DNA of 32,000 nt, from positions 17,432 through 49,431 of the forward strand of contig CAZYLT010000004.1 in the NCBI GenBank assembly GCA_964648855.1, given 5' to 3'. The DNA comes from an uncultured archaeon. GTDB lineage: Archaea > Asgardarchaeota > Thorarchaeia > Thorarchaeales > Thorarchaeaceae. Within the stretch, counting starts at the first letter, position 1. Each line of letters begins with the position of its first letter. The position numbers and the translations under genes are program-made. Below are positions 1 through 8,823 of the stretch, in pieces. The notes below the pieces were generated by a model, which made no database searches, was not told the DNA's origin, and was given only the letters and a program-made list of their open reading frames with translations.

Positions 1-355
1 GATGATTCGGGATGATCTCTACCCTCAATGTTAGGCTGTTTTCCATGGTTGAGATGATGTCATTGTTGGAGGAAATTGTTGTATTATCGGCAAGTAGATT
101 CTGTATGAGTATTGAGTAAGAACCCGAAGAGAGAGAATCGGACCATAAGAGGGAGATATTCAGTGAGAAACCAAGTGCACGAACGATAACAATCTCATCA
201 CTCTGGTCGCGAATATGTCCACCATATACATCAATAGCAGTAGGAGGAGTTGTCTGTTGTTGGGTGACCGAGTATACAATGAAAATACTCGCAGCTACGA
301 CAACTAGAAGTATCGCAGCTTTGACTTGTTGTGAGGATGTTATGTGAGATTCCAC
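1..355 (-). CDS. Membrane-anchored or secreted protein, partial (3' end runs off the window)
   Basis: Hand translation from GTG at 355 is open to the window edge: MESHITSSQQVKAAILLVVVAASIFIVYSVTQQQTTPPT... It has an N-terminal hydrophobic anchor followed by a Ser/Thr/Asn-rich domain with N-x-S/T sequons (NIS, NTT). Not in the supplied ORF track. Confidence 0.7.
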   Translation of the reverse strand, partial: MESHITSSQQVKAAILLVVVAASIFIVYSVTQQQTTPPTAIDVYGGHIRDQSDEIVIVRALGFSLNISLLWSDSLSSGSYSILIQNLLADNTTISSNNDIISTMENSLTLRVEIIPNH

Positions 356-450
356 CTTTGTTTGATTGATATGTTTGAGCGTGCATATCACTACGCAAAC
401 TGAATAAGAAGTTTCGGGAACATCAAGTTATGGTCTAGCTACCTAGTTTG

Positions 451-1233
451 CTATTGTGGGATGCCATTTGTTCTGATTTGATGCGAGAGACGTTTTAACT
501 CGTCATCATTCCTCCAGATAGCAGTCTGCTGAAGGGCTTTAGCCACTGACTGTATGAAAGCAGTTTCCTGCTTCTTTGTCCGATTGAAACCACTGAGCAA
601 GAGATACTTCTCGAAGAGTCTCCATGCTAGCTTGCGTTTTCTGATATCAAAAATTGGATTTGTATCAAGAAGACTTGCTGCTGCACCGCCAATATCAACT
701 ATCCACTCTCCGGATTGAACTTCTTCAAAGTCAACGCCATATATTGTAGAATTATCCTTGACAATGAAATTTCGTAGTCTTGAATCCCCCTTGATGAGAT
801 TGTGGATGCTATGGAACCGGTGGTACCAAGATGCTAATTTGTCGATATCTTCAGTACTGTATGTTTCGTGTATTCTTTCAATGAGAGGGGGCCCAGGAAT
901 ATATTCCATCAAAATTATCCTAGGAACTGTGGTAAGAATCCTTGGTACCGTGAGGCCATTTGCGATACTTTCTTCCAAAATCCTCTGTTCGATAGCGTAT
1001 CCATCTTGGATAAAGAGCTTTGCAACGACATGAGAGAAAGTATCTTCCCCCACATCGACAATAAGATCAAGAGTGACATTCTTCTTGCTTTGTATCCTTG
1101 TTGCAGACTTAATTTTCATCTTAGGCCCATAGTATTCCAAGAGGAGTTCTTCGAAACTGGAAACCACCGTAGGTTCTAATCTTCTTCCATCTATGCCTGC
1201 AATAACAATGTCAAACTCCTGAAGGATGTTCAT
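451..1233 (-). CDS. Atypical protein-kinase-like phosphotransferase (Bud32/RIO/Kdo/APH fold)
   Basis: VVAK (beta3 Lys), LMEYIPG hinge, catalytic loop KGDSRLRNF, metal-binding GVDFEE. Confidence 0.75.
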   Translation of the reverse strand: MNILQEFDIVIAGIDGRRLEPTVVSSFEELLLEYYGPKMKIKSATRIQSKKNVTLDLIVDVGEDTFSHVVAKLFIQDGYAIEQRILEESIANGLTVPRILTTVPRIILMEYIPGPPLIERIHETYSTEDIDKLASWYHRFHSIHNLIKGDSRLRNFIVKDNSTIYGVDFEEVQSGEWIVDIGGAAASLLDTNPIFDIRKRKLAWRLFEKYLLLSGFNRTKKQETAFIQSVAKALQQTAIWRNDDELKRLSHQIRTNGIPQ

Positions 1234-1324
1234 TTCAAGGGTACATTATACCTGACTGCTATTAGCCTGCCGACTGCACCATAGAGATTTTATTGGTTCA
1301 ATTAAGAAACAGGCTGGACTGAAG

Positions 1325-1543
1325 ATGACTGATAGAATATGCAATGTCGAAAAGAACAAGGAAAGATGCGGTTGTACTTATCCGGGATGTCCTCGAAAAG
1401 GGTATTGTTGTGATTGCCTGCAATACCACTGGAAACATCGGGAATTGCCGGGGTGTTTATTTCCGCCGGAGGCAGAAAAGACTTTCGATCGGTCTCTTGA
1501 GTACTTCTTGGAAGTCTGGAATGAAAAACTCGGTAAATCATAA
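1325..1543 (+). CDS. Small Cys-rich protein (DUF6485-like)
   Basis: 72 aa with C..N..RCxCTYxxCxRKGxCCxCLxYH...ELPGCxFPPxAEKTxDRS pattern. Confidence 0.75.
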   Translation: MTDRICNVEKNKERCGCTYPGCPRKGYCCDCLQYHWKHRELPGCLFPPEAEKTFDRSLEYFLEVWNEKLGKS

Positions 1544-1555
1544 GGGGTTATGAAG

Positions 1556-1665
1556 TGGCGGGCGCGCCAGGATTCGAACCTGGGATGCCCAGCTCCGAAG
1601 GCTGGTGCCTTATACGTACCTCCTGCAGAGTAGACTGCGAGGAGTCCATACTAGACTACGCGCCC
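1556..1665 (-). tRNA. tRNA-Arg(TCG) with 32-nt D-loop intron (1614-1645)
   Basis: Acceptor GGGCGCG/CGCGCCC-G-CCA; anticodon arm CCAGC-CTTCGGA-GCTGG; T arm CCAGG-TTCGAAT-CCTGG. BHB: helix GTAT/GTAC, bulges GG|A and GT|A. Mature D-loop AGTATGGATA. Confidence 0.93.
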
Positions 1666-1784
1666 TAGGTATGGAATCAAGGAACGGTTCTTAAGCACTT
1701 CTGTATTGACCACAGATTGCCTCTCATCGGGGTTGCCTTAAGGTTATAAAAGAAAACCAATGTGAGTAGAATCAAAAAAGAACC

Positions 1785-1903
1785 GCGGGAGTTGCCAAGA
1801 CAGGCCAAAGGCGGCGGACTTAAGATCAGATGAAAAATGGGGTCATCAATGAGAGATCCGCTCTCGTAGGAGTCCGAGGGTTCAAATCCCTCCTCCCGCA
1901 CCA
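1785..1903 (+). tRNA. tRNA-Leu(TAA) with 31-nt canonical 37/38 intron (1825-1855)
   Basis: Acceptor GCGGGAG/CTCCCGC-A-CCA; anticodon arm GCGGA-CTTAAG|A-TCCGC; long variable arm; T arm GAGGG-TTCAAAT-CCCTC. BHB helix CTTA/TGAG. Confidence 0.95.
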
Positions 1904-1965
1904 TTCTTTTTCGACCAATGCGGTAATTTTATGGGTACTTTGCTGAGCAGAAGGATTGCTTAAAA

Positions 1966-3279
1966 ATGGGATATCATAACTTAGAATTTCCGGAGAATTT
2001 TCTTTGGGGAAGTGCGGCTGCAGCTCACCAAACAGAGGGCGGAAATTTCAATAACTGGAGTGAATGGGAAAGGATTCCTGGCAAAATCATCGACGGTAGT
2101 GATTCCAGTATTGCCTGTGACCACTATAACAGATATGAAGAGGATTTCGATCTGGCCCAGGAACTGGGACACCAAGTGCACCGATTTTCAATTGCATGGA
2201 GTAGGATTGAACCAGAGCGGAGCAAGTGGGATGAAGGCGAGATTGACCATTATAGATCGGTTCTCCAGGCGCTTGTTGACAGAGAGATTCAGCCCGTGGT
2301 AACATTACACCATTTTACAGAACCGGTCTGGTTCAGAGATTTGGGTTCTTGGTTAAATCCAAATTCTCCTGAGATTTTCGCGCCATATTGTAGAAAGATA
2401 GCTGAAGCGTTCTCTGATTTTGACATCATATGGAACACTATTAACGAGCCTATGGTAGTAACGACAATGGGCTATGTGTTTGGCGAATTCCCCCCTGAAG
2501 AGAAGGACTTCGGAAAGGGACTGACTGTTGCAAAACATCTGCTAATGGCACATGGACAGGCCGCAACACAAGTCAGACAAGCCTATGATGAAGTTGGGAA
2601 AGAACAACCACAGATTGCCCCCGTTATCAGTGTTTCGCACTTCATGCCAGCCGACCCCGAAAATGAGGACGACCTGGAGTTAGTAGAGTATCTAGATGAG
2701 ATATACAATCATGTTTGGATCAGAGGGGCTATTGATGGAATCCTTCCGGAACCTGCAGGTGACGGAAGCAGATATCCACCGCTTGATGATTCAGTAGATT
2801 TCATAGGTCTGAATTACTATAGCAGAATGGTTGTATCGTCTGAGCTTGATTTCATGGCTGGTGAAATGCCACCAAAAGACCCCGAACTGGAACGATGTGA
2901 AGGCCTAGATTGGGAAGTATATCCAGAGGGATATTATCAGGTATTACGATCATTTGGGGATAAGTATGGCAGGCCTATCTTTCTAACAGAGAACGGGATA
3001 GGGACGAGTGATGATAATGTTCGCCAACGCTATATCATCAACCACCTTCAAGAGGTTCATCGTGCGATCCAGGATGGAGTCGAGATACTAGGATATCTTG
3101 TCTGGTCGCTCACGGACAATTTTGAATGGGCACAGGGGTTCAGTAGTCATTTTGGTCTCGTTGAGATTGATTATGATACTTTGGAGAGGAAACCAAAAGA
3201 GAGTGCGTATATGTTTAGAGAAATCATAGAGGAAAATGCACTAACGAAGGAAATCCAAGAGAAGTATCTGCGGGATTAA
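1966..3279 (+). CDS. Glycoside hydrolase family 1 (beta-glucosidase/beta-galactosidase)
   Basis: FPENFLWGSAAAAHQTEG N-terminal signature, acid/base TINEP, nucleophile FLTENG, WSLTDNFEW. Confidence 0.95.
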   Translation: MGYHNLEFPENFLWGSAAAAHQTEGGNFNNWSEWERIPGKIIDGSDSSIACDHYNRYEEDFDLAQELGHQVHRFSIAWSRIEPERSKWDEGEIDHYRSVLQALVDREIQPVVTLHHFTEPVWFRDLGSWLNPNSPEIFAPYCRKIAEAFSDFDIIWNTINEPMVVTTMGYVFGEFPPEEKDFGKGLTVAKHLLMAHGQAATQVRQAYDEVGKEQPQIAPVISVSHFMPADPENEDDLELVEYLDEIYNHVWIRGAIDGILPEPAGDGSRYPPLDDSVDFIGLNYYSRMVVSSELDFMAGEMPPKDPELERCEGLDWEVYPEGYYQVLRSFGDKYGRPIFLTENGIGTSDDNVRQRYIINHLQEVHRAIQDGVEILGYLVWSLTDNFEWAQGFSSHFGLVEIDYDTLERKPKESAYMFREIIEENALTKEIQEKYLRD

Positions 3280-3286
3280 GATAGAA

Positions 3287-3850
3287 ATGAGTCTTGACGT
3301 ACTATTCTCTGCAACGGGACTTATTGTTCTCATGGAAATAGGCGACAAGACCATGCTAACTACCATGTGCCTTAGTGCCCAATACAGGAAACCATGGTTT
3401 GTTCTGATGGCATCACTTTCTGCATTAGCTGCTTCTTCCATTATTGCAATATTGTTGGCCGCCCTCCTAGCAACGGCATTGCCTCTCAATATAATAATCT
3501 ACATCTCAGGCTTCTTATTTATCGGGCTTGGTGTGTATTCCTTTCTAGGTTTGGACAATGAACAAGAACAGAGCTGTGAAAATCGGGGAACAGTATTCAG
3601 TATGTTTACACTAATCCTGTTTTCGGAGCTGGGGGATAAGAGTCAGCTGGCAATTCTTGCACTAGCAGTGCAGTCAGTATTCCCAATCATGGTGCTTTTA
3701 GGAGCTATTGTAGGGTTTATCGTAGTCAATGCAATCGGGGTTGTAGTTGGTGATAAAATATCGGCAAAATTGCCAATGAGAGGAATTAGAATAAGCACAG
3801 GTATCCTTTTCATAGTATTCGGTATTTTCATTCTATTTGGAATTCTATAG
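3287..3850 (+). CDS. GDT1/TMEM165 (UPF0016) Ca2+/Mn2+ transporter
   Basis: Two repeats of E-x-G-D-K-[TS] (EIGDKT, ELGDKS) and about six transmembrane segments. Confidence 0.93.
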   Translation: MSLDVLFSATGLIVLMEIGDKTMLTTMCLSAQYRKPWFVLMASLSALAASSIIAILLAALLATALPLNIIIYISGFLFIGLGVYSFLGLDNEQEQSCENRGTVFSMFTLILFSELGDKSQLAILALAVQSVFPIMVLLGAIVGFIVVNAIGVVVGDKISAKLPMRGIRISTGILFIVFGIFILFGIL

Positions 3851-3911
3851 AAATACGAAGGTTTTATTCTGATGATTAGCACCTCGAAAATGAGTGGAAG
3901 GTGTTGATATA

Positions 3912-5267
3912 ATGAGCTTGGAAGACTCTGGCTACAAAGGCACTCTCTTGAAGAAGCTTGCATCTGCAGGCATTAAGATGGGTGATAGAGTGCGATTCAG
4001 AGATGGTGAAAAGGAAATTGAAGGGATAATAATGCCCCGTAGTCAGATAGGAGCTGATTCACATCATTTGGTTCTCAAACTAGATAGTGGATACAATTTA
4101 GGTCTAAGAGTGAATGAAAACACAACTCTACAGAGGCTCAAGCGCAATGAGATGAAATCTGTTTCACCTGATGCGGATATTCTAGAAAGTGAGGACTCCA
4201 GTCTTCCACATGTTTCAATTCTCAGTACAGGAGGAACTATAGCCAGCAAAGTCGACTATCTTACAGGAGCTGTAAATCCCGCCCTTACAGCTGAAGACCT
4301 CTACGAGTCTGTTCCCGAATTAAGGGAGTATGCGCGGATTGATGCGAGAGTACTGCTTAGCGAGTTATCAGAGAATATAGAGCCAAAACATTGGTCGAAA
4401 ATTGCCCGTGCGGTTGCAAAGGAAATTCGAAAGGGAGTGGATGGCGTCGTTGTTGCTCATGGGACAGATACATTGGGCCTAACATCGGCAGCTCTGTCCT
4501 TTGCTCTTCAGAACCTTCCTGTACCGTTGGCGTTAGTTGGCGCGCAGCGTTCCTCAGATCGACCGTCTTCAGATGCCTCGATGAATCTTATTGGTGCAGT
4601 AGAACTTGTGGGAAGGTCTGATATTGCGGAAGTTTTAGTGGTAATGCATGGCGAAACGGATGACTCCTATGTTTATGCGCACAGAGGAACCAGAGTTCGA
4701 AAACTACATACGAGTAGGCGAGATGCATTCAGGACAGTGAATGATTATCCTATTCTGAAAGGGGAGGGAAAGAATATTGTTGAGATAAGTGCCCCTCTCT
4801 TACGTCGCAATTCTAAGAGAAAACTACAAGTGAAACCGAGGTTTGAGGAGAGAGTTGGTCTGGTCAAAACATATCCGGGCATATCTGCGGATATTGTAGA
4901 CCATCTTGTCGATAGAAATTATCGGGGAATAATCATAGAAGGTTCAGGTCTGGGGCACGCACCCACTCGGATTAATGGCGCCATTGAGCGTGCAATCGAA
5001 TCTGGATTGGTAGTAGCAATGACTAGTCAGTGTATTTTCGGTCGGGTTGATATGAATGTGTACCGATCCGGGGTGGAGCTTCTGGATCTCGGTGTTATTC
5101 CGTGTGAAGATATGCTCCCTGAAACGGCTCTTGTGAAATTGATGTGGCTGCTAGCTAATCGCAAGGATTTGGATCAGGTCAAATCTGACTTGACAAAGCC
5201 GATGACAGGAGAGATAGAAATGAGGACCGAATATGCAGAATACTTTGATAGACAAGAGGTGGAATGA
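3912..5267 (+). CDS. gatD: Glu-tRNA(Gln) amidotransferase subunit D
   Basis: KLDSGYNLG N-terminal domain and asparaginase motifs STGGTIAS, HGTDT, GAQRSSDRPSSD, HTSRRDAF. ATG at 3912 is preferred over GTG at 3894. Confidence 0.97.
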   Translation: MSLEDSGYKGTLLKKLASAGIKMGDRVRFRDGEKEIEGIIMPRSQIGADSHHLVLKLDSGYNLGLRVNENTTLQRLKRNEMKSVSPDADILESEDSSLPHVSILSTGGTIASKVDYLTGAVNPALTAEDLYESVPELREYARIDARVLLSELSENIEPKHWSKIARAVAKEIRKGVDGVVVAHGTDTLGLTSAALSFALQNLPVPLALVGAQRSSDRPSSDASMNLIGAVELVGRSDIAEVLVVMHGETDDSYVYAHRGTRVRKLHTSRRDAFRTVNDYPILKGEGKNIVEISAPLLRRNSKRKLQVKPRFEERVGLVKTYPGISADIVDHLVDRNYRGIIIEGSGLGHAPTRINGAIERAIESGLVVAMTSQCIFGRVDMNVYRSGVELLDLGVIPCEDMLPETALVKLMWLLANRKDLDQVKSDLTKPMTGEIEMRTEYAEYFDRQEVE

Positions 5268-5268
5268 A

Positions 5269-7185
5269 GTGGCACCCAGCCTGGATTATGATGAATTGGG
5301 TTTGATGGTTGGTTTGGAACTTCATCAGCAGTTAGATACTGAGAGAAAGTTATACTGTCACTGCCGCACTGTGATTCGAGATGATCAACCACATGGAAGG
5401 TTCACCAGACGACTCCGTCCGACCCAAAGTGAGATGGGACAGGTAGACCCGGCTGCATTGTTTGAATTTCAGCGGAACAAGAGATTCTGTTACGAATTCT
5501 ATAATGATACAACCTGTCTAGTAGAAGCAGATGAAGAGCCCCCACACAGCATTGATGAGGAATCCATAGATATCTGTCTCACAATGGCGAGCTTTTTGGA
5601 ATCAACGCCTGTTGACGAAATTCATCCGATGAGAAAGATAGTAATTGATGGAAGTAACACGACCGGATTTCAGAGAACATGTATTATTGCAAGAGGTGGA
5701 AAGATTCGAGTTGGAAAGAAAGGAATAGGCATACAGACTATTTGTCTTGAAGAAGACGCTGCAAGGAAAATCGCTGATGATGCGAGAGAGAATGTTACGA
5801 CATATAGATTGGATAGACTGGGAATTCCATTGATAGAGGTTGCAACGGCACCCGATATCAATACGCCTAGAGAGGCAGAAGACGTTGCATTGGCCTTGGG
5901 TATTTTGCTGCGGTCCACAGGGAAAGTAAAACGAGGGCTGGGAACCATACGTCAGGATGTGAATGTATCAATTGAAGGAGGGGGTATAATTGAGATAAAG
6001 GGGTTGCAGCAGCTTGCATTGCTATCAACAGTTGTGGAGCTAGAGGCAATACGACAAAAGAATCTCCTGCAAATACAAAAGGAATTAGAGAAGCGAAATG
6101 TGACAATTGAAGCAATAGAAGACCAAATCTATGACGTGACGGACATATTTGATAAATCCGATTCGAAGGTTATCAAAAGTGCTATGGAAAAAGGCGGTCG
6201 AGTCAAAGCTGTAAAGCTTCCTGCATTTGCAGAATTGGTAGGAAAAGAGATACAGCCCAACCGAAGACTAGGAAGTGAGCTATCCGACTATGCGAACTTT
6301 TGGGGTGACGTCGGAGGAATATTCCATACAGATGAGCTTCCCAAATATGGAATCACACAACGTAATGTTGACGAAGTCAGGAAATCGGTTTCAGCAGATG
6401 GCAATGACGCAGTCATAATTGTCGCTGCCCCTGAAAAGAACTGCAATGATGCGCTTAGGGCGGTCTTGGACCGTGCACGAGAAACAATTCTCGGAGTTCC
6501 AGCTGAAACACGCACCCCTCTTTCTGATGGCACAACCAAATACGCTAGACCTCGACCGGGTGCAGAGAGAATGTATCCAGAAACTGATGTGAGAGCTGTT
6601 GTTATCGACAAAGAACGTATCAGAAAAATAGAGAAGAACCTGCCCGAAAAATTGGAGGAGAGGAGAACCCGTTTTATTCGACAGCATGGGTTAAGTGAAG
6701 AGCTGGCTGGTCAGATCACCAGATCATTGAATATTGATTTGTACGAAGAGATCGTTGATGTTGTTGATATCTCTCCCACACTTGTAGCAGTTACACTAGA
6801 GAATACTATGGTCAGTCTCAACAGGGATGATGTGCCTACGGAAAACATTCCAGAAAACCAGATTGTCGCCATTTTTGAAGAGGTCTCATCAGGTGATATA
6901 TCTCCGGAGGCAATTCCTGACATGTTGACTTTTTTTGCCAATAATCCGGAGGCAAGCTTCGAAGAGGCGCTATCGAAAACGGGATTGGAAAAAATTGAGG
7001 AAGAACAGGTTTCTGGTTATATCAGGAACTTGGTGAAGGAACGGAAGGACTTTGTCGAGAGGGAGGGAAGGCGGGCAATAGGCGGCCTCATGGGAGTTGC
7101 TATGAAAGAGCTTCATGGAAAGGCAGATGGAAAACGGGTAAGAGAATTACTCATGGAAGAAATCCGGAAGTTAACATCTGACTGA
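5269..7185 (+). CDS. gatE: Glu-tRNA(Gln) amidotransferase subunit E
   Basis: GLELHQQL, RRLRPTQSEMG, MRKIVIDGSNTTGFQRT, RPRPGAERMYPETD. Adjacent to gatD. GTG at 5269 follows a GAGGTG RBS and is preferred over ATG at 5233. Confidence 0.97.
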   Translation: MAPSLDYDELGLMVGLELHQQLDTERKLYCHCRTVIRDDQPHGRFTRRLRPTQSEMGQVDPAALFEFQRNKRFCYEFYNDTTCLVEADEEPPHSIDEESIDICLTMASFLESTPVDEIHPMRKIVIDGSNTTGFQRTCIIARGGKIRVGKKGIGIQTICLEEDAARKIADDARENVTTYRLDRLGIPLIEVATAPDINTPREAEDVALALGILLRSTGKVKRGLGTIRQDVNVSIEGGGIIEIKGLQQLALLSTVVELEAIRQKNLLQIQKELEKRNVTIEAIEDQIYDVTDIFDKSDSKVIKSAMEKGGRVKAVKLPAFAELVGKEIQPNRRLGSELSDYANFWGDVGGIFHTDELPKYGITQRNVDEVRKSVSADGNDAVIIVAAPEKNCNDALRAVLDRARETILGVPAETRTPLSDGTTKYARPRPGAERMYPETDVRAVVIDKERIRKIEKNLPEKLEERRTRFIRQHGLSEELAGQITRSLNIDLYEEIVDVVDISPTLVAVTLENTMVSLNRDDVPTENIPENQIVAIFEEVSSGDISPEAIPDMLTFFANNPEASFEEALSKTGLEKIEEEQVSGYIRNLVKERKDFVEREGRRAIGGLMGVAMKELHGKADGKRVRELLMEEIRKLTSD

Positions 7186-7271
7186 GTATTGTAGTGTGAA
7201 GCGTAACTTTAATAGAGAAATCAAGCGGTGGGCACCGATGAGAGGGCTTTGCTCCTTTCTGACTAACGCGT

Positions 7272-7405
7272 GCCGCAGTGGCCTAGCCTGGTTAGGGCGC
7301 GAGACTCATAATCTGTCCATAATGGACTAATAATGGGGTCATACGTCTCGGGCCTCGAGATGAGACATCTCGAAGTCGAGGGCTCGAATCCCTCCTGCGG
7401 CACCA
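7272..7405 (+). tRNA. tRNA-Met(CAT), elongator type, with 56-nt 37/38 intron (7311-7366)
   Basis: Acceptor GCCGCAG/CTGCGGC-A-CCA (G1-C72, C2-G71, as in elongator Met); anticodon arm CGAGA-CTCATA|A-TCTCG; BHB helix CTCA/TGAG; T-loop reads CTCGAAT. Confidence 0.9.
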
Positions 7406-7544
7406 AACTGTCGTTCGTTGCAAAGTCATTGACGCGTGTGCAGACACATTTTTGAGTGGATGTAGGTTAGAGTGATTGTGGATAGGTTATGTTGTGAACT
7501 AACCATCCTCTAGTATTGGAAATAGGACTTTGTGGTGAAAAGAG

Positions 7545-8759
7545 ATGAGTTTGCCCTTCAAGACATTGGACGACGTGGAGTATGCAGGCAAGAAAATCCT
7601 CATGCGAGCTGACATGAATTGTTCTGTCAATTCCGAAACAAAGGAGATCACTGACAGCTCTAGGATAGAGGCGATCCTTCCGACGCTTGAGGATTTGTCC
7701 AAGAGTGGTGTTGCATTGATGGCACACCAGGGGAGGCCTGGGAGTGATGATTTCATTTCATTGCAGCCACATACAGAGATTCTGCAGGATTTGGAAGTAA
7801 ACGCCAGTTTTGTTGATGATATCTTCGGTGAGAAGGCCAAGTCAGCAATAAAAAACTTGGACATAGGAGAAGTCCTTGTTCTTCAAAATGTCAGGTATTT
7901 TGATGGTGAATTAAAGAAGGCGCCAGTTGAGGAAGTAGCCAAAGAACCGTTGGTACAAGAGCTATATCCTCTGTTTGATCTATTTGTAAATGACGCATTT
8001 GGCGCGGCTCATAGATCACAGGCATCTCTGGTAGGATTCACGCCGTATCTCCCATCAGTGGCAGGGAGACTTATGGAAAAAGAAATCCGCACACTGAGCA
8101 AGGCTGTTGACACAGAGAAGCACCCTTGGACTCTTGTGTTGGGTGGCGCAAAAGTAGAAGATAAAGTAAAGACATTAGAGAAACTGCTGAAGACAGGAAG
8201 AGTCGACCATGCCTTGCTTGGTGGTCTTGTAGCCACTGCTCTATTGGTTTCAAGTGGAAAAATAGCCAAGGAATACTCCAAGCCTATTGGCAGTTTTGAT
8301 TCAATCAGTGATTCTGCTAAGACATTGTTAGAGGAGTATGCGGACATTATCGTGCTTCCAACTGATGCAGCTGTCGAGAGAGATGAGTCTCGTGTAGATT
8401 CCTCGTTTGATGAAATGAATGAAGATCCATTCTATGATATTGGCAAAGAAACAATGAAGGTGTTCGAAGATATCATAGGAAAGTCTGCCGTTGTATTTGC
8501 GAACGGACCTATGGGGCTCTTTGAAAAGGAACCGTTTGCCTTGGGAACGGAGAAGGTTCTTCGTGCGATTGCAGCCATTGATGGCGTTACGGTTGTGGGT
8601 GGTGGGCATCTTGGAGCCATGGCCAGAGAGATGGAATTAGAGAGGCAGGTGTCCCATATAAGCACCGGCGGTGGATCCACTATAAATTTCCTCACCGGAA
8701 AGAAACTTGAAGTAGTTCAAGCCTTGGAGAAGGCTGCAGAACGCATGGACACGAGATGA
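7545..8759 (+). CDS. pgk: Phosphoglycerate kinase
   Basis: AHQGRPG, NDAFGAAHR, LGGAKV, NGPMG, GGGH, HISTGGG. Confidence 0.97.
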   Translation: MSLPFKTLDDVEYAGKKILMRADMNCSVNSETKEITDSSRIEAILPTLEDLSKSGVALMAHQGRPGSDDFISLQPHTEILQDLEVNASFVDDIFGEKAKSAIKNLDIGEVLVLQNVRYFDGELKKAPVEEVAKEPLVQELYPLFDLFVNDAFGAAHRSQASLVGFTPYLPSVAGRLMEKEIRTLSKAVDTEKHPWTLVLGGAKVEDKVKTLEKLLKTGRVDHALLGGLVATALLVSSGKIAKEYSKPIGSFDSISDSAKTLLEEYADIIVLPTDAAVERDESRVDSSFDEMNEDPFYDIGKETMKVFEDIIGKSAVVFANGPMGLFEKEPFALGTEKVLRAIAAIDGVTVVGGGHLGAMAREMELERQVSHISTGGGSTINFLTGKKLEVVQALEKAAERMDTR

Positions 8760-8823
8760 CTACACATCATCAAAGTCAATCTTTATCTATGTCGCGAACA
8801 AGAAAGAGATAGAGGTAAGCCAC

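Noticed and set aside
1677-1904. 75-aa ORF on the minus strand
   Set aside because: Antisense to tRNA-Leu; MVREEGFEP is the typical translation of a reversed tRNA 3' end.
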